A stretch of 64,000 nt of DNA from Trueperaceae bacterium (GTDB taxonomy: Bacteria > Deinococcota > Deinococci > Deinococcales > Trueperaceae): positions 3,136,001-3,200,000 of the forward strand of contig CBDCDZ010000004.1 in the NCBI GenBank assembly GCA_965215565.1, read 5' to 3'. The notes under the pieces were generated by a model, which ran no database searches, had not been told where the DNA came from, and saw only the letters and a list, made by a program, of their open reading frames with translations. Below are positions 29,747 to 39,795 of the stretch, piece after piece (the first letter of the stretch is position 1; every line of letters begins with the position of its first letter). Both the position numbers and the translations under genes were made by a program.

Positions 29747-32185
29747 TTACTTGCTAAGCTCGAGCACCGTCACGCTGTCGCCAACTCTGAGGTTGACCGC
29801 GCCGTCTTGCAAGGACACCGCTCGTTCGGATACGCGCCCCGAGCCGTCGAAGGCGTGCAGGGTGGCGTTCTTGACGCCGCCGAGCGTCACCGTGACGTCT
29901 TGTGCGTTCACGCGGACGTCTCTTCTCTCGTCGCGGTCCCAGCTCTCTTTACCCAACCAGAGGGCTAAGTAAAAGGTGCCGTCGCGCTTCTGCAGGAGCG
30001 TCTGGTGGACATCATTCGTGTCACCGCTCAGCGCGTAGTTGAGCGTGCCGGGGGTGAAGGAGCCGGAGTCGCTGAGTAGGCTCATGAGGTTCTCAACTGC
30101 TTTGAACGCAGGCTTCTCGGAGCCGTCGGCGCGCAGGAGACCGAAGGAGGCTTCGGGGTCCGTGCTTCTGCCTTTGGGCTTGCTGTCGATGAGTTCGTAA
30201 AGATAGGTGCGCGGGATGTTCATGCTGAAGTGCGCGAGGAGCATCCGGGGCAGGTACTTGGCGGTGGCGGCTTCAGAGGTGGGCGCGTGACCATTGTCGG
30301 TCTGGAGAGCGTTGTGGTAACCCGTTTCGGTGAGCATGACGGGCTTGCTGCCGCTGTTCTTGGCTGCGTTCGCAACGTTCGACTTCGTGCTCTGACCGTA
30401 CTCACTGCCCGTGGGCATCTTACCGCCGGGGTAGGGGTGGCTGTTGCCGTAGTCCATGTAGCCGCTCAAGTCGCCCAAGTCTTTCGCCTTCCAGATGGGT
30501 GACGGACCCAGAACCTTGACGTCCTTGAGTGCCGGGTTGCCTCTCACGGCGCTGTAGAGCTTCTTCTGCGCGTCTCTGGTGAGGTTCACCCAGCCGCTGA
30601 TGCCTTGGAGGTCCGGCTCGTTGATACCTTCGAAGGAGACCACTGCGCCGTCCGTCCAGGAGACGACGTCGTCTAACTTGCTGTAGTCCGTGGCGTCGTT
30701 GTAAGGGGTTTCTAACGAGGTGAGCAGGTTGAAGTCGATGCCCGCTGCGCCCAACTCGCGCAGGCGCTTGTAGAAGAAGGTGTTGCGGCTCGCGCCCTCG
30801 TAGGTGTACGCGCCGTCGCGGACGTGACGGACGCCCAGCTCTAGGAGCTTCGGCTTGATGAGGTCCTCGTAGCGCTTGTCGTAGACGGTGCCCTGGTAGT
30901 GTAGGTGCGTGTTCACGCCAACCGTGTCGATGAAGTCGGCGGCGCGCTGCGCCTTGACGCCCGGCAAGTTCGTGGACGCGCTGCTCGAGCCGCCGGTGGG
31001 GGTGCCCGGCAGGAGCGTCGGGCCGCTCGCGGTGGTGTCGCCAGTGGTGTCGCTGCTGTTTGCGCCCGGCTTGTAGCTCTTGTCCATCGTCAGAACGAGT
31101 TGATCGAAGGCGAAGCCGTCCTCGCGCATCCAGATGTTGAGGGTGTGCGTGCCCGCGCTGCCTACGTTGATCTTCGCTACGGAACCGTCCATCGTCTTGT
31201 TCGTCCAGCCCACGCTGGTGCCGAAGCCGTTGATCCTGTCGCTGCTGCTCACCGCTCTACCGTTTAAGCCGACGTGCACGGAATCGCTCGAGTTACGCGC
31301 GCTGCCCGCCGCCTTGCCACGTACCCAGACGTGGTAGGTGCCTGCTTGCGGGAGGTTGACGCGGTAGTCCAGGCGTGGGCTCTTCGTCACATAGCCCGTG
31401 TTCTGGTTCGTGTCGCGGTCAGGCAGGGCGTGCATCAGCTCGCCTTGGCGCTGCCAGGTGTGGCGTCCGGGTGTCTGAAGAGCGTGGAACGCCTCCGCTT
31501 GGATGTCGATAATCCCGTTCGAGGGTCCAAAGGCTTTCGGGGCGAGGTCCGCGAGCACCGCTTCGGGCTTCGCGTCCGCGTCGCGGGTCAAGATGAGCTT
31601 GTCGAAGGCGAAGCCGTCCTCGCGCATCCAGACGTTGAGGGTGTGCGTGCCCGCCGCGAGCCTGAGCTTAGCGGCGGAGCGGTCCATCGTGTTCCGGCTC
31701 CAGCCGAAGCTGCTGCCGAAGCTGCTGATTCGGTCCGCGCTGCTCACCGCTCTACCGTTTAAGCCGACGTGGACGGAGTCGCTCGAGTTACGCGCGCTGC
31801 CCGCCGCCTTGCCGCGCACCCAGACGTAGTAGGTGCCTGCTTGCGCGACGTCGAGGCGGTAGTCCAGACGCGGGCTCTTCGTCACAAAATTCGTGTTGTT
31901 CAGCACGCCGGTGTCAGGGAGCGCGTGCAGCGCGTCGCCCTGCCGCTTCCAGGCGTGACGTCCTAGAGGCTCGTTAGCGTGAAACGCCTCGGCTTCTAAA
32001 ACGAGCCCGCGCTCGCTCACGTTGAGCGGTGACGCCAGTGTCTCCAGGGGGGCGTTCGCGACGCCGCCGCACGCCGTGAAGAGTAAAAGGAGAAGGAAGC
32101 CCACGCTGCACCCAGCATACTGAGTTAGCTTCCGCCTCACAACCCGTCTCGTAACGTGCTCTTTTAAGCTGCCGTTTCTTTGCAT
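29747..32185 (-). CDS. Secreted lipoprotein: two tandem CBM-like domains plus clan GH-A glycoside-hydrolase-like domain
   Basis: Lipobox-like LFTAC; duplicated AEAFH...REDGFAFD domain; S/T/G linker; catalytic-type motifs EGINEPD and LTETGY. Confidence 0.75.
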   Translation of the reverse strand: MQRNGSLKEHVTRRVVRRKLTQYAGCSVGFLLLLLFTACGGVANAPLETLASPLNVSERGLVLEAEAFHANEPLGRHAWKRQGDALHALPDTGVLNNTNFVTKSPRLDYRLDVAQAGTYYVWVRGKAAGSARNSSDSVHVGLNGRAVSSADRISSFGSSFGWSRNTMDRSAAKLRLAAGTHTLNVWMREDGFAFDKLILTRDADAKPEAVLADLAPKAFGPSNGIIDIQAEAFHALQTPGRHTWQRQGELMHALPDRDTNQNTGYVTKSPRLDYRVNLPQAGTYHVWVRGKAAGSARNSSDSVHVGLNGRAVSSSDRINGFGTSVGWTNKTMDGSVAKINVGSAGTHTLNIWMREDGFAFDQLVLTMDKSYKPGANSSDTTGDTTASGPTLLPGTPTGGSSSASTNLPGVKAQRAADFIDTVGVNTHLHYQGTVYDKRYEDLIKPKLLELGVRHVRDGAYTYEGASRNTFFYKRLRELGAAGIDFNLLTSLETPYNDATDYSKLDDVVSWTDGAVVSFEGINEPDLQGISGWVNLTRDAQKKLYSAVRGNPALKDVKVLGPSPIWKAKDLGDLSGYMDYGNSHPYPGGKMPTGSEYGQSTKSNVANAAKNSGSKPVMLTETGYHNALQTDNGHAPTSEAATAKYLPRMLLAHFSMNIPRTYLYELIDSKPKGRSTDPEASFGLLRADGSEKPAFKAVENLMSLLSDSGSFTPGTLNYALSGDTNDVHQTLLQKRDGTFYLALWLGKESWDRDERRDVRVNAQDVTVTLGGVKNATLHAFDGSGRVSERAVSLQDGAVNLRVGDSVTVLELSK

Positions 32186-32979
32186 CTCTCTTCCTCCTGT
32201 TACCCCGGAAAATTGGGTGAGATCGACGTGACCTCAGACAACGCGGTGCAGGCACAGGTGAAGAAGGTGCAGAACTGAAAACGTGTAGTGACAACGTTAC
32301 GTTCGCAACTTTCAGACAATATTGTGCCCCCGGCCGGTTGCGCTACTCGCTCCACCTGTTTCAAGCGCCCAGAAGAGTCTTTAGCTGCAGGTAGCATCTG
32401 GTTACAGACGCTGTGCGTTAAATGCGCACGTCCCACCTGCTAAAGCTCATTGCGAAACAGGTTTCATCGCTTCCGAGGGCGGGGTGTCCCTCAGTGATGA
32501 CTCAATCTTAGAATAGATACTCGGTTTTGTATATGAAATATTAGCGTGACGAGTGCGCTTGACAAGCGTTGCTGACGGAATTTACGCCGAGCCGCGTGCC
32601 GGTGGACGGCCCAAAGACTACGGAAGAAAGGCTCCCTCTCCTCCACGCCCTATTTTTCGGCGCACGCAACCCTTCGCACGGTCCCACTGACGAGAGTTGC
32701 ATTTGGGGTGTGGAAGACTTAACGTAGTGGGGACTGAGCGCGGCTCTATGCTCTTAGATAGACGGTTTCGGGCATTATGAGCGGACGCTCGATGCTTGAT
32801 ATGTACATTCAAACCACGAAACGTCGCCCCGACCTTATATATTAGGTTGAATGTACGGACTGAGTCCGCATGAATAACTTGAGTACAGTGTAGGTAACAG
32901 TGTAGAGATAGGTACAGCGCAAACAGAGGCGCAGCGTAAATAGAGGAAAAAGGACCAAAATCTCCTCAGAGGAGCAAGG

Positions 32980-34323
32980 GTGAGCACGATGTCAGATAAG
33001 ACCATAGACCAACCACAAAACGAAGCGCAGGCGCAACCTCGCCAGCTCGAGCCGAGCCACGCCTCAGGGTACGCCAGCGACACGGTGTACGCCGTGGGGA
33101 TGTCGCGGCTCGAGGGCACCGTACACATCAGCGGCGCGAAAAACAGCGTGCTCAGGCTGCTCGCCGCCTCGCTCCTCACCGAGGAAAAGGTAACGCTGCG
33201 CAACTACCCGGCGGGTCTTTTAGACGCCCAGGTGCACGTGGCGATGCTCGAGGTGCTCGGCAAAAAGTGCGCCGTTGACGCCGACACGCTCACCATTGTC
33301 GAAGCCGAAAAGCCCACCTCGACGCTCGACTGGGGCGGGCGCTCGATTCGCAACACGCTGCTCATCTTAGGGGCGCTCACCGCGCGCTTAGGCGCAGGCA
33401 AGGTGCCGCTGCCCGGCGGCTGTAAGCTGGGCGAGCGCAAGTTTGACCTGCACGAGATGGTGCTGCGCCGCCTCGGGGCGGAGGTCTGGACCGAAGGCGA
33501 CAACCTCTGCGCGAGCGTGCAAGGACGCTTGCAGGGCAACGACATCTACTTGCCGATTCGTTCGACGGGCGCGACGGAAAACGCCATCATCTGCGGCAGC
33601 TTAGCCGAGGGCATCACGCGCGTCTGGAACCCGCACATCCGCCCGGAAATTTTGGACCTCATCAAGTTTTTGCGCAGCATGGGCGCGCGCATCAAGGTAT
33701 TCGGGCAAGAGCACATCGAGATCATCGGCTCGGAGTCACTCTCCAGCACGCAGTACGAGGTCATCGCTGACAACATGGAGGCGATCACCTGGCTCATCGG
33801 CTCCGTCATCACGCGCGGCAGCGTCGAGATCGTCAACTTCCCCATGAAAGACCTGGAGGTGCCGCTCATCCACCTGCGCGAGAGCGGCGCGAAGTTCTAC
33901 CGGGGCGAGAACAGCCTCATCGTCCAAGGCGGGCGCTGCTTCCCCGTGGAGATCAGCACGGGCCCCTATCCGGGCATCAACTCGGACATGCAGCCCCTCT
34001 TTGCCCTCTACGGCGCACGCGCGCGCGGCGAGTCGCGCATCGTTGACCTGCGCTTTCCGGGGCGCTACGGCTACGCCGAAGAACTCGCCAAGATGGGCGC
34101 GCGCTTCGAGGTGGACGGCAACCTGCTCAAGATTTCGGGCGGTACGCCGCTGCGCGGGGCGGAGGTCAGGGCGCTCGACTTGCGCGCGGGCATTTCGCTC
34201 ACTTTGGCAGGGCTCACCGCCGACGGCACCACCTACGTTCAAGACGCCTGGCAAGTCGAGCGCGGTTACAACGCTTTTGTGCAGAAGCTCCGCAGCTTAG
34301 GTGGCGATATTAACTACGTCTGA
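32980..34323 (+). CDS. murA: UDP-N-acetylglucosamine 1-carboxyvinyltransferase family (MurA paralog in EPS cluster)
   Basis: Motifs ISGAKNS, LPGGCKLGER, STGATEN, TGPYPG..SDMQP, DLRAG. Confidence 0.85.
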   Translation: MSTMSDKTIDQPQNEAQAQPRQLEPSHASGYASDTVYAVGMSRLEGTVHISGAKNSVLRLLAASLLTEEKVTLRNYPAGLLDAQVHVAMLEVLGKKCAVDADTLTIVEAEKPTSTLDWGGRSIRNTLLILGALTARLGAGKVPLPGGCKLGERKFDLHEMVLRRLGAEVWTEGDNLCASVQGRLQGNDIYLPIRSTGATENAIICGSLAEGITRVWNPHIRPEILDLIKFLRSMGARIKVFGQEHIEIIGSESLSSTQYEVIADNMEAITWLIGSVITRGSVEIVNFPMKDLEVPLIHLRESGAKFYRGENSLIVQGGRCFPVEISTGPYPGINSDMQPLFALYGARARGESRIVDLRFPGRYGYAEELAKMGARFEVDGNLLKISGGTPLRGAEVRALDLRAGISLTLAGLTADGTTYVQDAWQVERGYNAFVQKLRSLGGDINYV

Positions 34324-34559
34324 GCGGTTAGGGCGTCGCTGAGCGCCTGGCGCTGCTTGGCACCCTCTCAACCTTTTGCTAAAAGAAACCTCTTTCGCTC
34401 CCTCGCTGCCCAACCCTTGTGGGATACTGGCGGCGAGGGAGGCGTGTTTTTGGGGCTCGAGGGTACTGTCGTGTTCATCGCCGCCCATATTTATGAGGGA
34501 TACAGGCTTCCCTTCGCTATATTGGGGTACAAAGTAAGAATCGTCCCGGCAGTTGAGGG

Positions 34560-35741
34560 TTAAGCAACCGCCTCGGCAGTCCTTGCCTCTACCTTTTGTT
34601 TTCCGAGCACCGCTATGACTTCAGTCCACATCGCTTCCGAAAGCGCTTTCTGCGTCTGTGCCCGTGCTGCTGTGCGCTCTGCCAGAGCCTGCCGCTTCGT
34701 CTTATCAGTGAGAACCTCGAGTTGCCGCAAAGCTACGTCGTCACTTTCCAAGCCGATGAGATTTTCAGGGCAGCCATAGTCCTCGAAGAGCATCTGGTAC
34801 TTGTGGCTCCAACCTGTGCCGAGCGAAGGCACGCCCTGCGAGAGCCCGCTCACGAGACCGTGAAAGCGCGAGCTAATGAGTCCCGTACACTGTCCGATGA
34901 TGCCTTTAACTGCGACAGGGTCATCTTCTTGCCACAGCGGAACGTCGTAACCTGTAGCTCTCACGTTTCCCTGCACTTCTCGGGCAAGTTTGAGGTCTTT
35001 CTCGCCCTCATGAACGAGCAAGAAGGGAGCGAGCCTCTGTTCCGCAAGGTGCTGGGTGAGCGTTGTCATCAACGGCACGTAGCGCTCGCCTTCTGCGCCG
35101 GTCATCTCGAGCATCTTGCTGTTCACGATAACGCATGTCTTGAGCCCACTAAGCTCATCATTACGCGGCATTACCCCTTTAACGAGGTTGGTGAAGTCTG
35201 GAGCTTGCCGCAAAGCACGTGCGCCCGGCTGCAAAGCGTTCAAATAGTCGTAAGACTGCGCCTCACGAGCGTAGACGAGGTCGGCGTGAGTCAGAACGGT
35301 TCGCATCGTATCCTGAATTTGCTCGGACGTAAAAGGACCGAATGCTTGAGGTAGTAAAATGACCTTCTTGCCCTCTTTTTTCCAGCGCTCAATGTGCTGG
35401 GCAGAGCGGTCTTCAGCCTTTCGTGCGCCCCACTGGTCGCCGTAAGCAAAACCCGATGCATCTAAAATCACGTCTATTTCTCGCTCGGTGACGAGGCCGT
35501 AGTTCTTCCGCACCGTGTTAGGGATGAGGTTGCCTAAGCGGTCAAAGGTCACACCGAATTTTGAATAGCGAAACTTCTGCAACAGACCGTAGGGAGCACG
35601 GTAGCTGTAGGCTTGGCGCGGGTCAAGGACGAAGGAGACGTTCTCTCTGCCCAAGGTCGCGCTGAGCTTCTGCATGATGGCGACGAGCATGAGTTCTGCA
35701 CCTTTGTTGGGAAAGTGAATGCCTCTAATTTCGATCTTCAT
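34560..35741 (-). CDS. Polysaccharide pyruvyl transferase family protein (WcaK-like)
   Basis: Motifs NKGAELM, QAFGPF, YAREAQS, APD, SRFHG. Confidence 0.88.
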   Translation of the reverse strand: MKIEIRGIHFPNKGAELMLVAIMQKLSATLGRENVSFVLDPRQAYSYRAPYGLLQKFRYSKFGVTFDRLGNLIPNTVRKNYGLVTEREIDVILDASGFAYGDQWGARKAEDRSAQHIERWKKEGKKVILLPQAFGPFTSEQIQDTMRTVLTHADLVYAREAQSYDYLNALQPGARALRQAPDFTNLVKGVMPRNDELSGLKTCVIVNSKMLEMTGAEGERYVPLMTTLTQHLAEQRLAPFLLVHEGEKDLKLAREVQGNVRATGYDVPLWQEDDPVAVKGIIGQCTGLISSRFHGLVSGLSQGVPSLGTGWSHKYQMLFEDYGCPENLIGLESDDVALRQLEVLTDKTKRQALAERTAARAQTQKALSEAMWTEVIAVLGKQKVEARTAEAVA

Positions 35742-35751
35742 AGTGTGACCT

Positions 35752-36864
35752 TCACAGAACGTTGTAGCTGCGAATCTTTTCCAAGGGCTTCTTCTGCGAA
35801 TACGCTACCATCCCCTCGGGGTCAGGATAGCCTACCGAAATAAGCATGATGACGCGCTCGTCGGGCTCTAAGTTTAAGAGTTTTTGCATTCGGCTTTCGT
35901 GCGGCTCCTGGTCGGGCCAGTTGATCGGACAAGAACTGAGCCCCAACGTCTCTAAAGCGTACATAAACGACATCGACGCGAGTGAGCCGTCAATGTAGAT
36001 GACGTGTCTGTCGCGCTCGTTAAAGTAGGCGCGGAGCTTGCCAACTACAACGACGACAGCGGGGAAGTTGTGGCTGAAGCCGCGCGTGCCCATCGGTATG
36101 GACGAGACGCGCTTCACCAGCTCTGGCTCGTCGAAGATGCGAAACTCGAAGGGCTGCCGGTTACAGGCGCTCGGCGACATAGCGGCGGCGGTGACAGCTT
36201 GGTCTATGAGGTCGCGCGGAACAGGCGTAGGCAAATACCAGCGCACCGAGCGGCGGTGCTGCGAAAGTGCTAAAAACTGTTCGTAATCCACGGGCGGTGT
36301 GTCGCTCACCTTGCGCTTGTAAGGGATCATCTCCCGCACGAAGTTGTTCCGAACCAGTTTGATGAAGATGCACCGCGCCTTCTCTACGTCAGAGCCTTCT
36401 TCCTGCTGCGGTACGACGGAGAAATATTCGTCTAAGACGTCGTAAGACCATTTTAGCTCGGGGTCGCCTAGCGGGTCCGCTCCGGCTTGGATGATGCCCT
36501 GGTAAGCTTCGGCAGTCTCGAGAATAAAGAATGTGGCGAACACGTCGCGCCTAGGGCGCATCAGAAGACCCTTCTCGAGCCGGTGCGTGTTGCGCCGTAA
36601 GAGGTAGCGGTTCGCTTTTTGTCCCGCTAACTGCTCGTTATAGACGCGCTTGCCGTAGGTCACGCCTACGTGCTCGCGGCGGAACGCCTTGGAGCGGAGG
36701 GCGTAGTGCCAGGTGCTCAAAGCGGCTGAACTCGAGATGCGGCGCAGATATGCTATTTTGAGACTCGCTTTGACGAGCTTGAGCCTGTCCCATAGGGACG
36801 GCGGCACGACCCGCTTAATTGCTTGTTTGCTCGCTATCATAGAAGCTCCTGACCGAAACGACAT
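35752..36864 (-). CDS. Nitroreductase family protein (polysaccharide-cluster type)
   Basis: Motifs HRLEKGL, RRSVRWY, SPSACNRQP, YIDGSL, GLSSCPINW. Confidence 0.88.
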   Translation of the reverse strand: MSFRSGASMIASKQAIKRVVPPSLWDRLKLVKASLKIAYLRRISSSAALSTWHYALRSKAFRREHVGVTYGKRVYNEQLAGQKANRYLLRRNTHRLEKGLLMRPRRDVFATFFILETAEAYQGIIQAGADPLGDPELKWSYDVLDEYFSVVPQQEEGSDVEKARCIFIKLVRNNFVREMIPYKRKVSDTPPVDYEQFLALSQHRRSVRWYLPTPVPRDLIDQAVTAAAMSPSACNRQPFEFRIFDEPELVKRVSSIPMGTRGFSHNFPAVVVVVGKLRAYFNERDRHVIYIDGSLASMSFMYALETLGLSSCPINWPDQEPHESRMQKLLNLEPDERVIMLISVGYPDPEGMVAYSQKKPLEKIRSYNVL

Positions 36865-37269
36865 GTTTGGTTTGTTTCCTCTGCTGTCATAAATTGATGT
36901 TTTAGATGTGGTTGGGGAAGGGCGAGATCATCTGCAAGTTGCGCGTGAAAACGACTTCAACATAGCGAGTAAGATACCTCTTTGCGGCGGGCTTGGCAAC
37001 TCGAGTGCTAACCTTCGTCGGTGCGCCGTTAGGAGCCTTCACATTCAGCCTTCTAACGGGGTGGGCCAATAGTTGGGGTTTATGGTGTAAGATTAGCGTC
37101 GCCCCAAGGGGTAGCGACTTTGCCTCTCTCCTCGATTGGTAACTCTGTAGTGACCATAGGGCGATAATGGCTAGCGGCGCAGTGACAATCTTATTCAAAA
37201 TTTCTTCAGACGCTAAGCCTGTAACTGTGCACGCTGGTGGTTTACAAAACTTCACCGTGAGATGAGACG

Positions 37270-38730
37270 ATGAGTTTACGAGAGAAAACAATTGCAGGCG
37301 TGGTCTGGTCGGGCGTTCAGAAGTGGGGCGCACGGGTTTTGGGCTCGGTGGTCTTCTTCTTGCTAGTCCGACTTCTCAATCCCGAGGATTTCGGCCTTAT
37401 CGCCTTGGCGGGCGTGTTCATCGCCTTTGCTGATGTAATCGTCAATCAGGGGTTTACCCAAGCTATCGTGCAGCGCGAAGACCTAGAGCCCGAGCATTCG
37501 GATTCGGCTTTCTGGACGAGCTTGGGGCTGGGTGTCGCCTTGACTATACTGAGTATTCTCATTGCGCCGCTGCTCTCACGCGCGTTCGCTGAGCCTGCGC
37601 TCACGTCTATCGTCCGCTGGCTCTCACTAAGCTTCGTGCTGAGTTCGCTGAGCGGCGTACAAGACGCGCTCTTGCGCCGCGCTTTCGAGTACAAGTCTCT
37701 CGCCTTTCGTCAACTGCTAGGGCTCGTTGTGGGGGGCGTAGTTGGCGTCGGCATGGCGCTTTCGGGCTACGGCGTCTGGAGCTTGGTCGCGCAGCAACTC
37801 GTGACCGCGCTCGTCTCAACGGTAACGCTTTGGTGGCTGAGCGACTACCGCCCCGCCTTCCGCTTCAGCAAGCGCCACTTTGACGACCTCTTCGCCTTTG
37901 AAATCAACGAGCTAGGTAGCCGCGTGCTCAACTTCTTCAGCCGCCGCTCGGACGACCTGCTCATCGGACTCTTTTTGGGTCCGGTAGCCCTCGGGTTTTA
38001 TAGCATTGCCTACCGCACTATGTACATCATGACCGACCTCTTCGCCTCCTCACTCTCGACAGTGGCTTTTTCGCTCTTCTCGCGCCTCCAAGCTGATCCT
38101 GCTAGTATGCGCCGTAACTTCCTTAATGCCACGCGCCTCAGCAGTCTGTTCGCCTTTCCTGCTTTTACCGGACTAATCGTGCTCGCACCTGAGTTCGTGC
38201 GGGGCGTGTTGGGTGAGCAGTGGGTGGCGAGCACCCCCGTGCTCCAAGTTCTGCTGGTTGTTGGAGCGCTGCAGTCCGTGTCGCTTTTCAACAACGTTGT
38301 CCTTAAAGCGATGGGCAAGCCCTCGTGGGCGTTGGGCTTTACCGCTTTAGCAACTGTCGGCAACCTTATCGGCTTTCTCATAGTTGTGCGCTACGGCATC
38401 TTAGCGGTGGCGGCGGCATATGTGGTTCGCGCTTACCTGACAGCTCCCCTCGCGGTCTACTTGGTGGGTAAGCTTATCCACCTCGACTACGGCGCGTACC
38501 TCCGCCAATACGTGAGCCCGCTCGTAAGTTCGGCGGTGATGATCACAGCAATTGTGTTAGCACAGAGCCTATTACCAGAAACTTCGGCGTTGTTGGGGTT
38601 ATTCCTCTACACAGCGCTAGGCGCGTCGGTCTACATCCTCTCAGTTCGTCTTTTAGCGCCAGAGCTTTTCGCCTACGCTTTCAGTTTATTTAGTCAAGTG
38701 TTGCGACCTTTCAAGAGAGTTAGCGCTTAG
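37270..38730 (+). CDS. wzx: Polysaccharide flippase (Wzx/PST family)
   Basis: Motifs RLLNPEDFGL, GVWSLVAQQL, LGFYSIAY, LGEQW; many TM segments. Confidence 0.88.
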   Translation: MSLREKTIAGVVWSGVQKWGARVLGSVVFFLLVRLLNPEDFGLIALAGVFIAFADVIVNQGFTQAIVQREDLEPEHSDSAFWTSLGLGVALTILSILIAPLLSRAFAEPALTSIVRWLSLSFVLSSLSGVQDALLRRAFEYKSLAFRQLLGLVVGGVVGVGMALSGYGVWSLVAQQLVTALVSTVTLWWLSDYRPAFRFSKRHFDDLFAFEINELGSRVLNFFSRRSDDLLIGLFLGPVALGFYSIAYRTMYIMTDLFASSLSTVAFSLFSRLQADPASMRRNFLNATRLSSLFAFPAFTGLIVLAPEFVRGVLGEQWVASTPVLQVLLVVGALQSVSLFNNVVLKAMGKPSWALGFTALATVGNLIGFLIVVRYGILAVAAAYVVRAYLTAPLAVYLVGKLIHLDYGAYLRQYVSPLVSSAVMITAIVLAQSLLPETSALLGLFLYTALGASVYILSVRLLAPELFAYAFSLFSQVLRPFKRVSA

Positions 38731-38733
38731 TTT

Positions 38734-39792
38734 ATGAGTGATATGCGCGTTCTCGCCTGGCCCGCCACGTCCGATAAAAACACTCACATGTCTTTGCTCT
38801 ACAGCAGCATAGAGCCTTTCGGTGTCGAGGTAGACAACTTCTCGGCGCAGGCGATGTTGGAGGGACGCTGTGCTTTAGACACCTACGATCTCTGGCACAT
38901 CCACTGGCCCGACCACCACTTCAACACCCGCAACCCCTTCAAGGCGGCGAGCGCTAACGCTACGGTATTAGGATGGTTCAAAGAAGCCAAAGCTAAAGGC
39001 GTCAAGCTCGTGTGGACGGTGCACAACCTCCGCCCGCATGAGAAGTATCACCCCTACTTGGAGCCTTTTTTCTACGGTCCTTATACGAGGATGCTAGACG
39101 GTTGGATTGCGCTCAGTCAGATAGCGGAGCGCGAAGCCAAGGAGAAGTTTGCGCCACTCAAAGAAACGCCTTCGTTTGTGATTCCGAGGGGGCACTACCG
39201 CGACGCGCACGCAGGAAATATTGCTAAGGATGTGGCGCGTGAACGTCTAGGGCTACCGAGCGACGCCAAGGTGCTGCTTAACTTTGGTCTGATTCGCGAT
39301 TATAAGAACATTCCGCACCTCATCAAGACGTTTCGTGAACTTGAACGTAACGACGCCATTCTGCTTATCGCGGGAGCGCCGCGCTCGGGTAAGCTCGAAC
39401 AAGAAGTCCGTGAGGCAGTGCAGGGTGACCCGCGCGTCAGGCTCGAGCTGAGTTTCATTCCTGACGACGCCTTGCCAACCTACTTTGCTGCAAGCGACCT
39501 CGTGACCTTGCCTTACAAAGCGATTATGCATTCAGGCAGCGCGATGATGGCTCTTTCCTTTAACCGTCCGGTGTTGCTGCCCGATATAGGCGCGTTACGA
39601 GAGCTGCAAGCTCATGTAGGCGACGATTGGGTAAGGATGTTTATAGGCGACTTGAGCGTGAGTGAACTCGAACGTTCAATCGTTTGGGCGGCGCAGGTGG
39701 CGGGTAAAACTGCTGACTTAGCAGCGCTGAGTTGGGACCACATCGGCAAGCGGACATGGCAAGCATTTCGCGACGTTCTTTCAGGAGGTTAG
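38734..39792 (+). CDS. Glycosyltransferase (GT4-like)
   Basis: Motifs HIHWP, WTVHNLRPHE, FGLIRDYKNI, LPY...HSGS. Confidence 0.85.
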   Translation: MSDMRVLAWPATSDKNTHMSLLYSSIEPFGVEVDNFSAQAMLEGRCALDTYDLWHIHWPDHHFNTRNPFKAASANATVLGWFKEAKAKGVKLVWTVHNLRPHEKYHPYLEPFFYGPYTRMLDGWIALSQIAEREAKEKFAPLKETPSFVIPRGHYRDAHAGNIAKDVARERLGLPSDAKVLLNFGLIRDYKNIPHLIKTFRELERNDAILLIAGAPRSGKLEQEVREAVQGDPRVRLELSFIPDDALPTYFAASDLVTLPYKAIMHSGSAMMALSFNRPVLLPDIGALRELQAHVGDDWVRMFIGDLSVSELERSIVWAAQVAGKTADLAALSWDHIGKRTWQAFRDVLSGG

Positions 39793-39795
39793 CAC

